From Eledone cirrhosa (lineage: Eukaryota): DNA of 64,000 nucleotides. Every line of letters starts with the position of its first letter. Position 1 is the stretch's first letter. The stretch is from assembly GCA_964016885.1 (NCBI GenBank), contig CAXHJY010001687.1:135281-199280 (forward strand), read 5' to 3'. Shown piece after piece: positions 47,048 through 60,380 of the stretch. The translations under genes were made by a program, and so were the position numbers. Below the pieces are notes generated by a model. That model worked only from the letters and a program-made list of their open reading frames with translations. It made no database searches and was not told the DNA's origin.

Positions 47048-49890
47048 CTGTATATCCGTGAAGGTGTCACACCAATTGTACTGTTGACACATTCAAACTC
47101 AGTCTGTGACACACTGATAGTACATATGAAGCAACTACAGACAGTAATATGTGTCACATATCGGCCGCCCGATACCCCCAGTCATGAGGGTAAATTTGAG
47201 GATAGTCTAAGTAGGATAGAAGAGGTCCTTGACAAACTGGACCAGGGTCTCAACATTCTACTGCTGGGAGACTTCAACCTACCAAAGGTCAAATGGCCTG
47301 AGGGCCACCTCCTCCCTGGAATGACGTCAATAGAACAGCGACAGACGGAATCCCTGCTGGCCCTCACACACAAGCTGTTCATGGAGCAAGCAATACTCCT
47401 CCCAACAAGAGGCGAAAATGTCCTGGACCTCTGTTTTACAAACAACGAAGTGCTCATCAACAATGTAAAGGTGACAGCAACAATTCTCACGGATCATAAC
47501 TTAGTAGAGCTAATGATATGTGGTCCAAGAGAACCAACAGAGACAAAACCACCAAGAAGCTCCGGGACGTTATCCAGTCTTAACTTCTCCAAGGCTAACT
47601 GGAAAAAGATTAAGAGAGAAATCCGGAAGCAAACATGGAGTGAAAACACCGCCACACAAGACACTAACACACAATTTCAACACTTCATGACAATGATACA
47701 CACTATATGCAAAAAGTTTGTCCCGGAGAAAGAGGCAAACAGACACAAAAATCTTATTCCCAGAGATAGGAAAATCCTTATGAGACGTAGAACTAAACTC
47801 TCAAACCAGTTGAATAGTCAACAAAACAAAAACAAGAAGGAATCCTATTTGAAATGTGCATTACTTGGCACCGAGATTGCACTCAAGCTTTCCCATGAGA
47901 ATGAGAGGGCAAAGAAAGAGAACAGGACCATAGAAAACATTAAAACAAACCCTAAGGCCTTCTTTGGATTTGCAAAGGAGACTGCCTCAGTACACTGCAA
48001 GATTGGGCCACTCTTCCATACGGACGGTTCATTAACCGAAAAACCCCAAGAGATATGTGAAATACTGAACGAACAGTACAAAAGTGTGTTCACATGTCCA
48101 CTAAGGCACATGCAAATAACGAAGCCAGAGGAGTTCTTTGATGTCACAACACTACATGAAGAAATGGCAACCATCAACCACATAGACATAACGGAGGAGG
48201 ATGTGGTGTACGCCATTGATGAAATTAGAACAGACTCGGCTGCTGGACCTGATGGATTCCCAGCAGTTCTCCTAAAAATATGTAAGCGGGCCTTAGCAAC
48301 TCCACTGAAGATGCTCTTCAGAAGCTCCTTGGCTAGCGGTGTACTACCCAGGGAGCTGAAAGAAGGCACAATATGCCCTATCCCTAAAGGAGGTAGCAGA
48401 GCGGAGGCCAAAAACTATAGGCCAGTCTTCCTGACATCGCATATCAGTAAGGTCATGGAGCGAGTCGTCAGAAAGAAACTGATCACTTTCCTCGAGGAAA
48501 ATGACCGCCTGACTAGCACGCAACATGGCTTCCGCCCAGGAAGAAGCTGCCTTACACAGCTGCTACATCACTACGACTGGGTACTGAAACAACTACTAGA
48601 CAGCTCACATGTGGATGTGATATATCTTGACTTTGCGAAGGCCTTTGACAAGGTCGACCACGGAATGATATGTCACAAACTACACGGACTCGGCATAACT
48701 GGAAAAGTAGGTGAGTGGCTGCATGACTTCCTAAAGGACAGAAGCCAGGCAGTCGCAGCAAATGGGGCCCTCTCAAAGGAAACACCAATAACAAGTGGGG
48801 TGCCCCAGGGGACAGTCCTGGGACCACTACTGTTTTTGGGAGCTCTCTCAGACATGCCCTCTGTAATACATACAACAACATCCCTCACTAGCTATGCTGA
48901 TGACACTAAGGTACCACAGGCAATCAAAAACCCGGCTGACGCTGCCCTTTTACAGCAGGATCTGGATGCCATATACAAATGGGCGGAAGAAAACAACATG
49001 CAGTTTATTGCTGGCAAATTCCAAGCCCTACAATACAAACCTGCAAACAAACCTGCAAACACAAATATAGTACGACACAACTACACAGGACCAGGAGGGA
49101 CCGATATCCCCGTGTCAAAATCGATACGAGACCTGGGCATAGACATGAGCGATGATGCATCTTTTTCTTCACACATCATGAAAGTGGCGACAATGTGCAG
49201 ACGACTTGCTGGCTGGATCTTGAGGACTTTCCGGACAAGAGATCGAGACACCATGTTGACACTATGGAGGACATTTGTCCTAAGCCGCCTGGACTACTGC
49301 TCCCAGTTGTGGTCACCCCATAGTGTCAAACTAACCACGGAGCTTGAGGCAATCCAGCGAAGCTACACCAAGAGGATTGCCAAGATGAGGAAGACAAGCT
49401 ACTGGGAGAGGCTGAAGGAACTGAACCTCTACTCCTTGGAACGAAGACGGGAGAGATACGCAGTGATCTACGTGTGGAAAATCCTGGAGGGACTAGCACC
49501 AAACTTTGGCATTGGGAGCTGGACCAACCGTCGAACAGGACGTCACTGTGTGGTGCCAAAGGTCTCGTCTTCCACGTCTAGAATAAGGAGCAGGTATTGC
49601 AATAGCCTGGGATTCAAGGGCCCTCAACTCTTCAACAGGCTGCCGAGGGATCTGAGAGATTTGCATGACGTGGAGGTGGATTTCTTCAAGAAACATCTCG
49701 ACACCTTGTTATCCAGGATCCCGGATGAGCCCACAGCAAGGCACGAGGGAAACCTAAGGGAAGCAGCAACAAACTCCCTCTTACACCAGTGGCCAACCTA
49801 TACAGACTGGAGATAAAATGTGTAGCAACAAGGGCGGTGCCCCAGCATGGCCTCAGCCGGATGGCTGAAACAGGTAAAAGAGTAAAAGAG
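47048..49890 (+). mobile_element. 5'-truncated CR1-group LINE
   Basis: ORF2 plus short UTR GGCGGTGCCCCAGCATGGCC..CTGAAAC and (AGTAAAAG) tail. Confidence 0.92.
47084..49816 (+). CDS. CR1-group ORF2: partial APE endonuclease plus RT
   Basis: YRPP, GDFN, LDLCF, TDHN, QHGF, YLDFAKAFD, GVPQG, YADD, LERRRERY. Confidence 0.93.
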   Translation: MTHSNSVCDTLIVHMKQLQTVICVTYRPPDTPSHEGKFEDSLSRIEEVLDKLDQGLNILLLGDFNLPKVKWPEGHLLPGMTSIEQRQTESLLALTHKLFMEQAILLPTRGENVLDLCFTNNEVLINNVKVTATILTDHNLVELMICGPREPTETKPPRSSGTLSSLNFSKANWKKIKREIRKQTWSENTATQDTNTQFQHFMTMIHTICKKFVPEKEANRHKNLIPRDRKILMRRRTKLSNQLNSQQNKNKKESYLKCALLGTEIALKLSHENERAKKENRTIENIKTNPKAFFGFAKETASVHCKIGPLFHTDGSLTEKPQEICEILNEQYKSVFTCPLRHMQITKPEEFFDVTTLHEEMATINHIDITEEDVVYAIDEIRTDSAAGPDGFPAVLLKICKRALATPLKMLFRSSLASGVLPRELKEGTICPIPKGGSRAEAKNYRPVFLTSHISKVMERVVRKKLITFLEENDRLTSTQHGFRPGRSCLTQLLHHYDWVLKQLLDSSHVDVIYLDFAKAFDKVDHGMICHKLHGLGITGKVGEWLHDFLKDRSQAVAANGALSKETPITSGVPQGTVLGPLLFLGALSDMPSVIHTTTSLTSYADDTKVPQAIKNPADAALLQQDLDAIYKWAEENNMQFIAGKFQALQYKPANKPANTNIVRHNYTGPGGTDIPVSKSIRDLGIDMSDDASFSSHIMKVATMCRRLAGWILRTFRTRDRDTMLTLWRTFVLSRLDYCSQLWSPHSVKLTTELEAIQRSYTKRIAKMRKTSYWERLKELNLYSLERRRERYAVIYVWKILEGLAPNFGIGSWTNRRTGRHCVVPKVSSSTSRIRSRYCNSLGFKGPQLFNRLPRDLRDLHDVEVDFFKKHLDTLLSRIPDEPTARHEGNLREAATNSLLHQWPTYTDWR

Positions 49891-50008
49891 TATACATAAT
49901 ATATATAATATATATATATATACATATACATAATATATATATAATATATACATATATATATATATATATACATAATATATATATAATATATACATATATA
50001 TATATATA

Positions 50009-51320
50009 CGAGGGGGGATCAAAAAGTTCGCGAAATTTTTCAGAAAATATTTTATTTTTCAAAAAATATGATTTACCTTCAATTTATTTTTCTACATAGT
50101 TGCCATCCAGGTCAATACACTTCACAAAGCGATGCTTCCAACTCCGTCAGCCGTCTCTAAAGAAAGTTGAAGGCCTTGTTCGAAGCCATGTGTTGGCAGT
50201 GTTTTTAGCTTCTTCAACACCACTAAAACGGGTTCCTTTTAGCATTTCTTTGAGTTTTGGAAAGAGGAAAAAGTCTGATGGGGCTAAATCTGGACTATAA
50301 GGCGGGTGAGGAAGCACTTCCCATCGAAATTCTCGAAGAACTTCTTTTGCAACCCGCGCAGAATGCGCTGGTTCATTGTCATGGTCAAACAAGATCCCAC
50401 CATGAAGTTTCCCTTTTCGTTTCTTGACTAATGCCTCTTTCAATTTCCTTAAAACATTTGCATAGTAAGCTCTTGTCACAGTTCTTTGACCTTCAAGATA
50501 ATCTATTAGTATCACCCCATCTGAATCCCAGAAAATGGTGGCCATCACTTTTTTATCCGACTTTTGAGATTTGAACTTGATTGGCCCCGATGATCCACGT
50601 GGAAGCCACTGTTTTGACTGCTGTTTGGATTCAGGATCATACTGGTAGATCCAGGTTTCATCTCCGGTGATGATTCTGGTCAGGAAATGCTCTTCATCAA
50701 CTTCAATTTTGTTTAATATCGCCAAAGACAGATCACTTCGAAGAATCAGCTGATCAGGGCACAACGCTTTTGAGACCCATCGCACTGAAAGCTTGCTTAG
50801 TCCCAAATTATCGTGCAGAATTGAATTTGCCTAACCATATGAAATGTCTAGGGACTTAGCTAACTGATTAACTGTTATTCTTCGATCTTCTTCAATTAAA
50901 GTCTGAGCAGCCTCAACGTTTGGTCATTTTTTGATGTTCCTAGTCTTCCACTGCGATGGTTGTCTTCAAGGTCGTCTCTCCCTTGTTTGAATCGATGAAT
51001 CCACTTGTAGACAGCAGTTTTCTTTGGAGCAGTAGTACCGTAAACTTTAACTAAAGCCTCCATAATCTGTATCCCTTTCCATTTGAGTTTCACCAGAAAC
51101 TTGATATTCGATCTTATCTCAAAATAACTATTTTCCATTGTTCCAAAAATAGTTTTTTTTAAAGAGTGTCAGTACTGTACAATAGTCCGCGCATGACTGA
51201 CTGCGCGTGACTAATAGCAAGGTAAACACACAATGACAATGTTGTGACATGTTTAATATTGTTTTAACCTATTTTTTTCTTACTACGATAAAATTCCGCA
51301 AACTTTTTGATCCCCCCTCG
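50009..51320 (-). mobile_element. mariner transposon with TIRs and TA flanks; transposase disrupted
   Basis: TA-CGAGGGGGGATCAAAAAGTT..AACTTTTTGATCCCCCCTCG-TA; ITGDETW, HDNEPAH, YSPDLAPSD; ORF split 50896-51138 / 50147-50806. Confidence 0.95.
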
Positions 51321-51800
51321 TACATACATAATATATATATATAATGTAGACATACATATATACATAATATATACATACATATATACATAATATATATATA
51401 TAATGTATACATACATATATACATAATATATACATAATATATATATATTATGTATATATATATATTATGTATATATATAATGTATACATACATATATACA
51501 TAATATATATATAATATATACAAATATATGATATATACATAGATATATTATGTATATATATATTATGTATATATATATATATTATGTATATATATATATA
51601 TATTATGTATATATATATATATTATGTATATATATATGTATATATTATGTATATATATATGGATATATTATATATATATTGATGATGATATTATGTATAT
51701 ATATATATATATATATATATGTAATTATTATATATATATATAGCTATACATTGTATATATATATATATATTATGTATATATATACATTATATATATATAC

Positions 51801-52435
51801 TATGCCAACTCGTTTTCGAGTACGGCCACTACTTTAAAACCATGTAGGAGAATCCCTACCAATGCGCTGAACGAGTGTGACTTTTTAGTCCAGCCAGCGA
51901 CTTGAAAACTCTGGTACAAACACTACACTCGTGACAATTATTGACACATAGTGCGGGGCCCATGGTACCATGTGACGACAAGTGCAGAGAGATCTCAAGA
52001 TATAAAGCAATGCCTGTGCCGTGAAGCTTTTATAGTGAGCAAAGGCACTGCACAGAGCCAGTCCCACTCTCTTAACCAAGATGATATTTACCAAAAAGAA
52101 GAACAAGTCAACATCATTGGATATCATCAGGGTTGCAGGTGTTATATCAGAGTTTTCCTTCTCCTAGAAGTTTTCCTTCTCCGAGAAGTTTTCCTTCTCC
52201 TAGAATTCTGCCTTGACAAAGGCTAAGTGGTCGTCTCTCCCGGTGATTTTGGATGGCCATTGACTCTTAAGAGCTCCTTTGACAGGTTTTGTTTTTAGTC
52301 CTGCAGGATGTCCAAAGTCACCCTCCTCACCAAGAAACCTTGGTAGGGTTGCCAGTTTAGTCGCCAACGACCCGACCATGAGACAGGTTGTACTGGGATA
52401 CATGTTACTAGTAGCACCAACTGGTGACCTGACCA
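51801..52435 (-). mobile_element. probable 5' end/UTR of an RTE-like LINE
   Basis: GC-richer structured head ending CGACTAAACTGGCAACCC, TAAAAACAAAACCTG motif, 21-nt x3 repeat at ~52150-52205. Confidence 0.45.
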
Positions 52436-52587
52436 TACATAATATATACATATATATATATATACATAATATATATATATATATATTATATATACATATA
52501 TATATATATATATACATAATATATATATAATATATATATACATAATATATATATATATAGTTATATATATATATATAACTATATAAT

Positions 52588-53802
52588 ATAAGATCAAAAG
52601 ATGGTTAAAGGAGTTCCATGTATTTTATTATGCGCATTTCAAAAACAAACATCATCATGCAATAATATTTGTGTTTTCATCAGATAAAACAGGAGAACAT
52701 GATATGAAGGCTAAAAAACACTTGTGGATAGTGCAGTTTTAAATCAACATATGAAAAGTGGTTTTAGATTGATGTGTGATATTGGGAAAAATATTTTATT
52801 TAGAGAGGGGGGGTGGAAAGGATGAACAGGGAAGGAAATGAGAGGGAGAGATGGGTGATAGAGAGAAAGAGATAGTTTTTATAACTGAGAGGAGATATAT
52901 TGTTTTACATAGAGAGGTTGAAAACCGTCGGAAGATAATGTATAAATTAAAAATTTTGAAAATTAACGAAGGGAGGATATGTGCGAGGAAAAAATATTTT
53001 ATTTAGGGAGGGGGGTGGAAAGGATGAAAAAATTGCCACAATACATACATTTCTTTTTTTGACGTTAGAATATTCATCCACAATTATTATTTTTTTCTCT
53101 CTATCTTCATACATAATTTCCCTTCGTTAATTTTCAAAATTCCTTTAATTTATACATTATCTTCCAACGGTTCCCAACCTCTCTATGTTAAAACAATATA
53201 TCTTTTTCTCAGTTATAAAAACTATCTCTTTCTCTCTATCACCCATCTCCTCCCCCTTTTTTTCATCCTTTCCACCCCCCTCCCTAAATAAAATATTTTT
53301 TCCTCGCACATATCCTCCCTTCGTTAATTTTCAAAATTTTTAATTTATACATTATCTTCCAACGGTTTTCAACCTCTCTATGTAAAACAATATATCTCCT
53401 CTCAGTTATAAAAACTATCTCTTTCTCTCTATCACCCATCTCTCCCTCTCATCTCCTTCCCTTTTCATCCTTTCCACACACACCCCCCCCTCTCTAAATA
53501 AAATATTTTTCCCAATATCACACATCAATCTAAAACCACTTTTCATATGTTGATTTAAAACTGCACTATCCACAAGTGTTTTTTAGCCTTCATATCATGT
53601 TCTCCTGTTTTATCTGATGAAAACACAAATATTATTGCATGATGATGTTTGTTTTTGAAATGCGCATAATAAAATAAATGGAACTCCTTTAACCATCTTT
53701 TGATCTTATATTATGCATACTCCAGTCCTACAAACTGTAGAGTGCTTCTTATCCGATATCTGCATTGCTTTATTGTACTACAATAAAACTCACCTCCTAC
53801 AT
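52588..53802. mobile_element. fold-back pLTR-like element with ~90-nt tail
   Basis: arms ~52588-53030 / 53240-53710; internal direct repeats. Confidence 0.85.
53608..53674 (+). ncRNA. hammerhead ribozyme (mirror 52623-52689)
   Basis: TTTTAT-CTGATGA-AAACACAAATATTATTG..TGATGATGTTTGTTTTT-GAAA-TGCGCA-TA-ATAAAA. Confidence 0.82.
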
Positions 53803-54026
53803 TATATAACTATATATATATATATAACTATATATATATATAATATATACATATATATATACGAGCAAGACAACCAAGCAGGGAAAAGCGAACATAAAAT
53901 GATGATGAATGAATGAATATATATATATATATATATTTTTATTATATGTATATATATATATTTATTATATATATATATTATATATATATATTATGTACAT
54001 ATATATATTTTTTTTTATTATATGTA

Positions 54027-54832
54027 TCATCATGATCATCATCATCATCATCGTTTAACGTCCATATTCCACGCTAGCATGGGTTTGGACGGGAGTTTTC
54101 CCACCTGAGGCAAGAGTGGTTGTCTTGCTCGCATAGGACTGTCTGGCGGGTTGTCTACGGCTGGATGCCCTTCCTAACACCAACCACATTTACAGTGTGG
54201 AACTGGGAGGTTTTTACCGTGTTACCTACACGGCCACATTACAGCGTGGACTGTGTGATTTTTTGTCGTGACACCTACACGACCTCATTTGTTTCGGCCT
54301 GGATGTTGTGGTACCAACATAACTTTACATTGAAAGGGGTGGTGTAGATGGGGTGGGGGTAGTGGGACGGGGGTGTATTTTGTTAGAGGTGCCTACTGAC
54401 TGTAGTAGGTTTTACTTTGTATTTAGGTAAGGCGGGTCTTCTCTATTACTGTGTCGCGCCAAAGATCTCGGTCCAGTGACATTGTCTTGGAGAGGTGTAA
54501 GTGTGTGAGGTCGGAATTTATCAAGTCGTCCCAGGTTTTTCTGGGTCTGTCGACTCCGTGGCTCCCGTCTATTTTTATTGCCCTGCACTTTTTTATGCAG
54601 CTGTCGTCTTTCATGCGCATCACGTGACCATACCAACGTAGCCTTCTCTCTAGTAAACAACATCTGATCCCTCTTATTTCTAATTTTTCCCTTAGTTCGT
54701 TTATGCTTTGCCGTTCACGTATATTACTATTACACATCCAGCGGAGCATGCAAGCTTCGTTCCTCTCTAGTCTGCGTATATCCTCTGCACACAATGCCCA
54801 GGTTTCACTGCCATGCAACATTGCTGTTCGTA
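54027..54832 (-). mobile_element. RTE family-B 3' end
   Basis: ORF 54423-54821 HGSETW..RRLRWYGH, UTR, (ATG)n. Confidence 0.9.
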
Positions 54833-55230
54833 TATATATATATATATTATATATATATATATATTATGTATATATATATATATATGTATTATATATATAT
54901 ATTATGTATATATATATATTTTTATTATTTATATATATATATATATTATATATATATATATATTATGTATATATATTTTTATTATATATATATATATATA
55001 TTATGTATATATATATATATTTTTATTATATTTATATATATATATATATATTATGTATATATATATATTTTTATTATATTTATATATATATATATATATA
55101 TTATGTATATATATATTTTTTTATTATATGTATATATATATATGATGTATGTATATATATTATATATATATTTATTATGTATATACATATTATGTATATA
55201 TATATTATATATATATATATATATTATGTA

Positions 55231-55630
55231 TATCATAAAACATGTCTATAGAATCACCAGATAAAATATATACCGTTTCCTCTCCCAATTAGCATAATTA
55301 ACCATATAAAAAATCAATTAGACCAAGCTATAAGAATAAAGGCTCCTATGAAGAAATCTCCGACAAATAACCGAAAGCACCCCCTTAGCGGCGGCTACGA
55401 CGGATCATTTATCGAATATTTCGACAGCATGTATGAATCGACCAGATATACAGTCAACTAAACAGAATTAGGTGTAAAATAGAATATATTTTATCTGGTG
55501 ATTCTATAGACATGTTTTATGATATATAGCTCTGATTATTTAATTTATTAATTCTTCATTGAGCCACAAAGTAACCCGTTGCAAAAAACATATATATTTA
55601 TGACTTTATATATATATATATATGTAAACC
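55231..55630. mobile_element. diverged member of the 2690 family with internal inversion at ~55484
   Basis: 55231-55480 resembles 2690-2935; 55484 onward is reverse complement spanning the unit junction. Confidence 0.72.
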
Positions 55631-55824
55631 TTTATATATTATGTATATATATATATATATATATAATGTATATATAAATATATATATATATTATGTATAT
55701 ATATACTATGTATATATAAATATATATATATATTATGTATATATATATATATATATTATGTATATATATATATTATGTATATATATTTCATTTCATTTCA
55801 TTTCATTTGAGTTTGAGTCCATGC

Positions 55825-58800
55825 TCAGGCCAAGTCGAAGACTCCACCCTCAGAGTCTGGTGTGGTTGCCAGGTTGGATTCTCTGTTTAATTTTGACATG
55901 TGTAGGAGCGAGTTTGAGTCAGTTTGTGCTCGTTGTGTATATCCTGGGAGATGGGGTTCATCTATAATGGTGCTTAAGTATCTATCTAGCTGCAATTTGA
56001 ATGATTCCACACTGCATCCTGATAGATTTCTGACATGTACTGGAATGGAGTTGAATAGTTGTGCCCCTCGAACCAACAGACTTGCCTCTCGCAGGGTTTT
56101 TGCTGCCTAGCCAGCCCTTTTGTTGATTGGTGGTAGCTGACAGCGTCTTCCGTGGCGCAGTGAGTGGTAGGTTTTGATACCAAAGTTTGGCACCTTTTGC
56201 TCTATCATTTTCCAAATGTATATAATTCGGTATCGCTCAAATCTTCTTTCTATTGAGTACATCTTCAAGGTTTTGAGTCTTTGCCAATAGTCCAGGTCCC
56301 TCGTTTCTGAGAAGTATGAGGTAAAATTTCTTTGGAGCGATTCCATCTTAGATAGTTGGCCCTTTGTTGTTGGTGACCACAACTGAGAACAGTAGTCAAT
56401 CCTCGGAAGTACCATACTGTTCCAGAGGGTTTTCATTGTTGAGGTATCTCTTGATTTGAAGGTGCGCAAGATCCACCCGCTGTACTTTCTTGCAGTAAGA
56501 CAGACTGAGTCAAGGTGTTCTCTGAATTTTAGGCTGGTTCCTATGTGGATACCTAAATCTTTCACACACTGTTTTCACATTATTTGTTGTCCTGATGGGT
56601 TTCTGTAGTTTGTTGTATTTTTCAGATCTTGATCTGTTCCGTAGCGAATTAGTTCAAACTTCTTATCATTGAACAACATGTTGTTTGTTTCCTGCCATTT
56701 GTATATGGTGGTTAGGTCCTTTTGTAAGGCCTCTGTATCCACCTCGTCTTTGATTTGTCTCATGACCCTGGTGTCATCAGCAAAGGATGAGACGTTGCTG
56801 GTTGTATCTTCATCTATATCAGAGATGAGGATGAAAAACAGGATCGGGCCGAGTACTGTACCCTGAGTAACACTGCTGGTCACAGGTGATGGTGTTGAAT
56901 GGGCTCCATTCACAGTGACTGTTTGAGTTCTATTTGTAAGGAACTCATGTATCCATGTACCAACTTTTCCTCCTACTCCTAGCTTTCGAAGTTTGTGTCC
57001 CAGGATGCCATGATCTACCTTGTCAAATGCCTTGGCAAAGTCGAGGTAAATAACATCTGTGTTGTATCCATTCTCTAGATTTTCTAGGATTTGGTCATGG
57101 TGTGCCAGTAGTTGGGAAAGACATGATCTACCTAACCTGAATCCATGCTGATTGCAATTCATCAGATTGTTGGATTCCAGGAACTCAACCAGTTTTTCAC
57201 GAACTATTCTTTCGAAGACCTTGTGTGATGTCAGTGAGATTGGTCGGTAGTTCTTTGGTTTTGATTTGCTGTCCCCTTTATGTATTGGAGTTATGTGTGC
57301 TTCTTTATATGTATTTGGTATTTTGCCATTCTCCATAGATTCCTTCCATATCATGTAAAGGGGTTTCAACAATTGTACCTTGCAGTTTTTAAGTATCATG
57401 GCATTGAAACCATCAGGCCCCGCAGCCGAGTGCATGGAGAGCTTGTCTATGGCTCTTTCTATGTCTTCTGGGTTGAAATCAATGTCGGATAGGGTAGGTT
57501 TAGTATGGTCGATATCCTTGAAGAATTCTCCTGGGTCATGGATCTTCATGGTTTTAGATGGCTCACTGAAGACACTTTCATACTGTTGACCCAACATTTC
57601 TGCCATTTCAATAGGGTTATTCACTACATCCCCATTTTGTCTCTGGAGAGGTCCTATTGTTGACTTGGTATTCGAGTATTTCTTTGCAAAACTGTAGAAA
57701 CATTTTGGATTTTTCTTGATGTTTTCTATGGCTCTCTTTTCTGCATTGTTACGTTCTTCATCATAGTGTTGTTTTAGATTGTCTTTTAATCTGTATATTT
57801 GGTCAAGGACTTTCTGTAGTTCATGTTTTGATGTCAGCTTAGATGTTTTGTTTCTTAGTCTTGACCTTTTGCGCATCAGGATATTTCGCTCCCGTGGTAC
57901 AGGTTTTTTTGTGGATTTGGTTTTCTTAAGAGGAATATTTTTTGCACATATTTCTTCGATCTTGTTTAAGAATTTTTTGTGTTTATCTGGCCCAGTAAGG
58001 TAGAGATCCCAGTCAATGATTTGTAACTGGTTGTTAATAGTTTCCCAATTTGCCTGGTGATAATCATACCTGCATAGTTTTGGCATGTCCTTTTGTTTAA
58101 GAGTTGTGGCATTGGGCTCATTACCAATGTGTAAATGCATTTCAATAAAATTGTGGTCTGAAAGGATTGTTGGGGTTGAGTGAAGGTCAAATAACGTGTC
58201 CTCGTTGTTGGTGAAAACCAAGTCGATCGTATTATTATTTCTAGTTGCTTCTGTCATCATTTGTTTGAGGTATAATTTCTCTGTGACTTCCAACAGTTTG
58301 GCTGCCTGTATTTGTTCAGCTTTTGTCCCCAGTTTTAGTATGTGTCCATGTGGCCAGATGATGTTAGGGAAGTTGAAGTCACCAAGGAGGATAATGTCTG
58401 GCATTGGACTCGCCATGTTTCCCAGAATTTGTTGGAGCTTTGTCAGTGGCTCAGTGAAGGATAATGTTGGGCTGTTTGGCGGTCTGTACATTATTGTTAC
58501 AACTGTATTAAGTTGGATGATTTTTATGCACAGCAGGTTGCAGTAGGCATTTGATTCATTGACAAGTTCTATGCATGCATAGGTATCATGGATATACATG
58601 ATAACGCCCCCATGGGATCTGCCTTGTCTATCACATCTGAAGATGTTGAATCCATTGATTGAGATTTCGCTGTTGCGGATGTTTTCGTTGAGATGACTTT
58701 CAGTAATTCCAATTATTTTGGAGTTGTTTTCTGTTGCTAATTCTTCCAAGAAAGGGACTTTACACTGTTTTGTTTTCGGATAAAGACCCTGGATATTTGC
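55825..58800 (-). pseudogene. CR1-group ORF2 (APE + RT) with stops/frameshift in C-terminal part
   Basis: ITESHL, GGV, YRPP, GDFN, SDHN, YLDFAKAFD, FADD, IERRFERY. Confidence 0.9.
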
Positions 58801-58805
58801 TGTTA

Positions 58806-59639
58806 TTATGCTTGTTGTACCGGATACATCTGCCCTATTGTTGGCAAGACTGTTGTAATTGCTGGGACTGTGCTGACTGGATATTCGGTCTGCTGGGCTG
58901 TCTGTATTTGTTGTATGTGCCCTGTAAGTCCAGGTGTCAGCCTTTGTATCAATGTTGCCTGGTTTTGCTGAGTCATCTGTATGGAGTACAGTTGTTGTTG
59001 TAGTTGGTAGATTATGCCTAAAAAACTGCTTTCATTCATTACTGTATCGAATTTCTGCGAGTTTGGGTTTGTTACAGCTGATGTGTGCAATTGAGTAGCA
59101 TGATTTTCATTCACTGTTGAGCCTTGTCCTGGTTTCTGCATTTTTGGGAAATGGTTTTCATACCCTGCTGAGCTTGGTCCTGGTGGTGTGGGTTCAGTAG
59201 TTTTTATGCGAATTGTACCCTTCCGGTGCATAAATTTGCAATTCTCGTCAAAACATTCTTTTTTTCTCAGCGAATTGCGGCACATCTTTGGGTGAAGGAG
59301 TTCACATTCTCGGCCATTTTGGCATCCTTTTTTTCGATCAGTACCGAAGTTGATATATGGTTTGCATGGTTTGGGGTGACTGTACGTGCACCCTTTACCT
59401 GAAAGACCATGTTTGCACTTGTTGCTCCTGTAATGGATACATACTGGCCTTTCTTCATTTGAGCGTTTGCTCTGAATCTGTTTCGTTTCGTGGGAAGTTT
59501 GGTCTTTTTCTGCAGGATCTCCTGTTTCTTGTTTTGTAGGTGTTTGCATGTCATTGTCTTCATTCTTGTCATTTACAAGAGGCACTTGGATGGCCTGTGT
59601 GTGGCAGGATTTATTTGCCATGTCAGTTTCGCCAATCAA
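58806..59639 (-). CDS. LINE ORF1 with three CCCH zinc fingers and Q-rich tail
   Basis: CIHY..CKHG..CTYSH; CKPY..CQNGRECELLH; CRNS..CFDENCKFMH. Confidence 0.82.
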   Translation of the reverse strand: MIGETDMANKSCHTQAIQVPLVNDKNEDNDMQTPTKQETGDPAEKDQTSHETKQIQSKRSNEERPVCIHYRSNKCKHGLSGKGCTYSHPKPCKPYINFGTDRKKGCQNGRECELLHPKMCRNSLRKKECFDENCKFMHRKGTIRIKTTEPTPPGPSSAGYENHFPKMQKPGQGSTVNENHATQLHTSAVTNPNSQKFDTVMNESSFLGIIYQLQQQLYSIQMTQQNQATLIQRLTPGLTGHIQQIQTAQQTEYPVSTVPAITTVLPTIGQMYPVQQA

Positions 59640-59736
59640 TGTCTGTTTAGAACGGCCTGTCTGTGGTATGGTCCTAGGGTCATTCGTTATTGTGGCCCTT
59701 GGTGAACAATAACGAATGACCCTAGGACCCTACCAC

Positions 59737-59902
59737 ATATATATATATTATATATGTATTATGTATATATATATATATATTATGTATATATATATATATT
59801 ATGTGTATATATATATTATGTATATATATATATGTATATATTATGTATATATATATATTATGTATATATATATATATATTATGTATATATATATATATAT
59901 AT

Positions 59903-59935
<33 letters not shown>

Positions 59936-59977
59936 TATGTGTATATATATATATATTATGTATATATATATATATAT

Positions 59978-60025
<48 letters not shown>

Positions 60026-60347
60026 GTGTATATATATATATATTATGTATATATATATATATATTATGTATATATATATATATATATATTATGTATATAT
60101 ATATATATTATGTGTATATATTATGTATATATATATATATATATTATGTGTATATATATATATATTATGTGTATATATATATATATTATGTGTGTATATA
60201 TATATATTATGTGTATATATATATATATATTATGTGTGTATATATATATATTATGTGTATATATATATATATATTATGTATATGTATATATATATATATA
60301 TATTATGTGTATATATATATATTATGTATATGTATATATATATATAT

Positions 60348-60380
<33 letters not shown>

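Larger units (their letters stand above)
55786..59736 (-). mobile_element. near full-length CR1-group LINE (ORF1 partial, disrupted ORF2), (TGAAA)n tail
   Basis: ORF2 pieces 56575-58749, 56107-56565, 55825-56076; ORF1 58806-59639. Confidence 0.92.
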
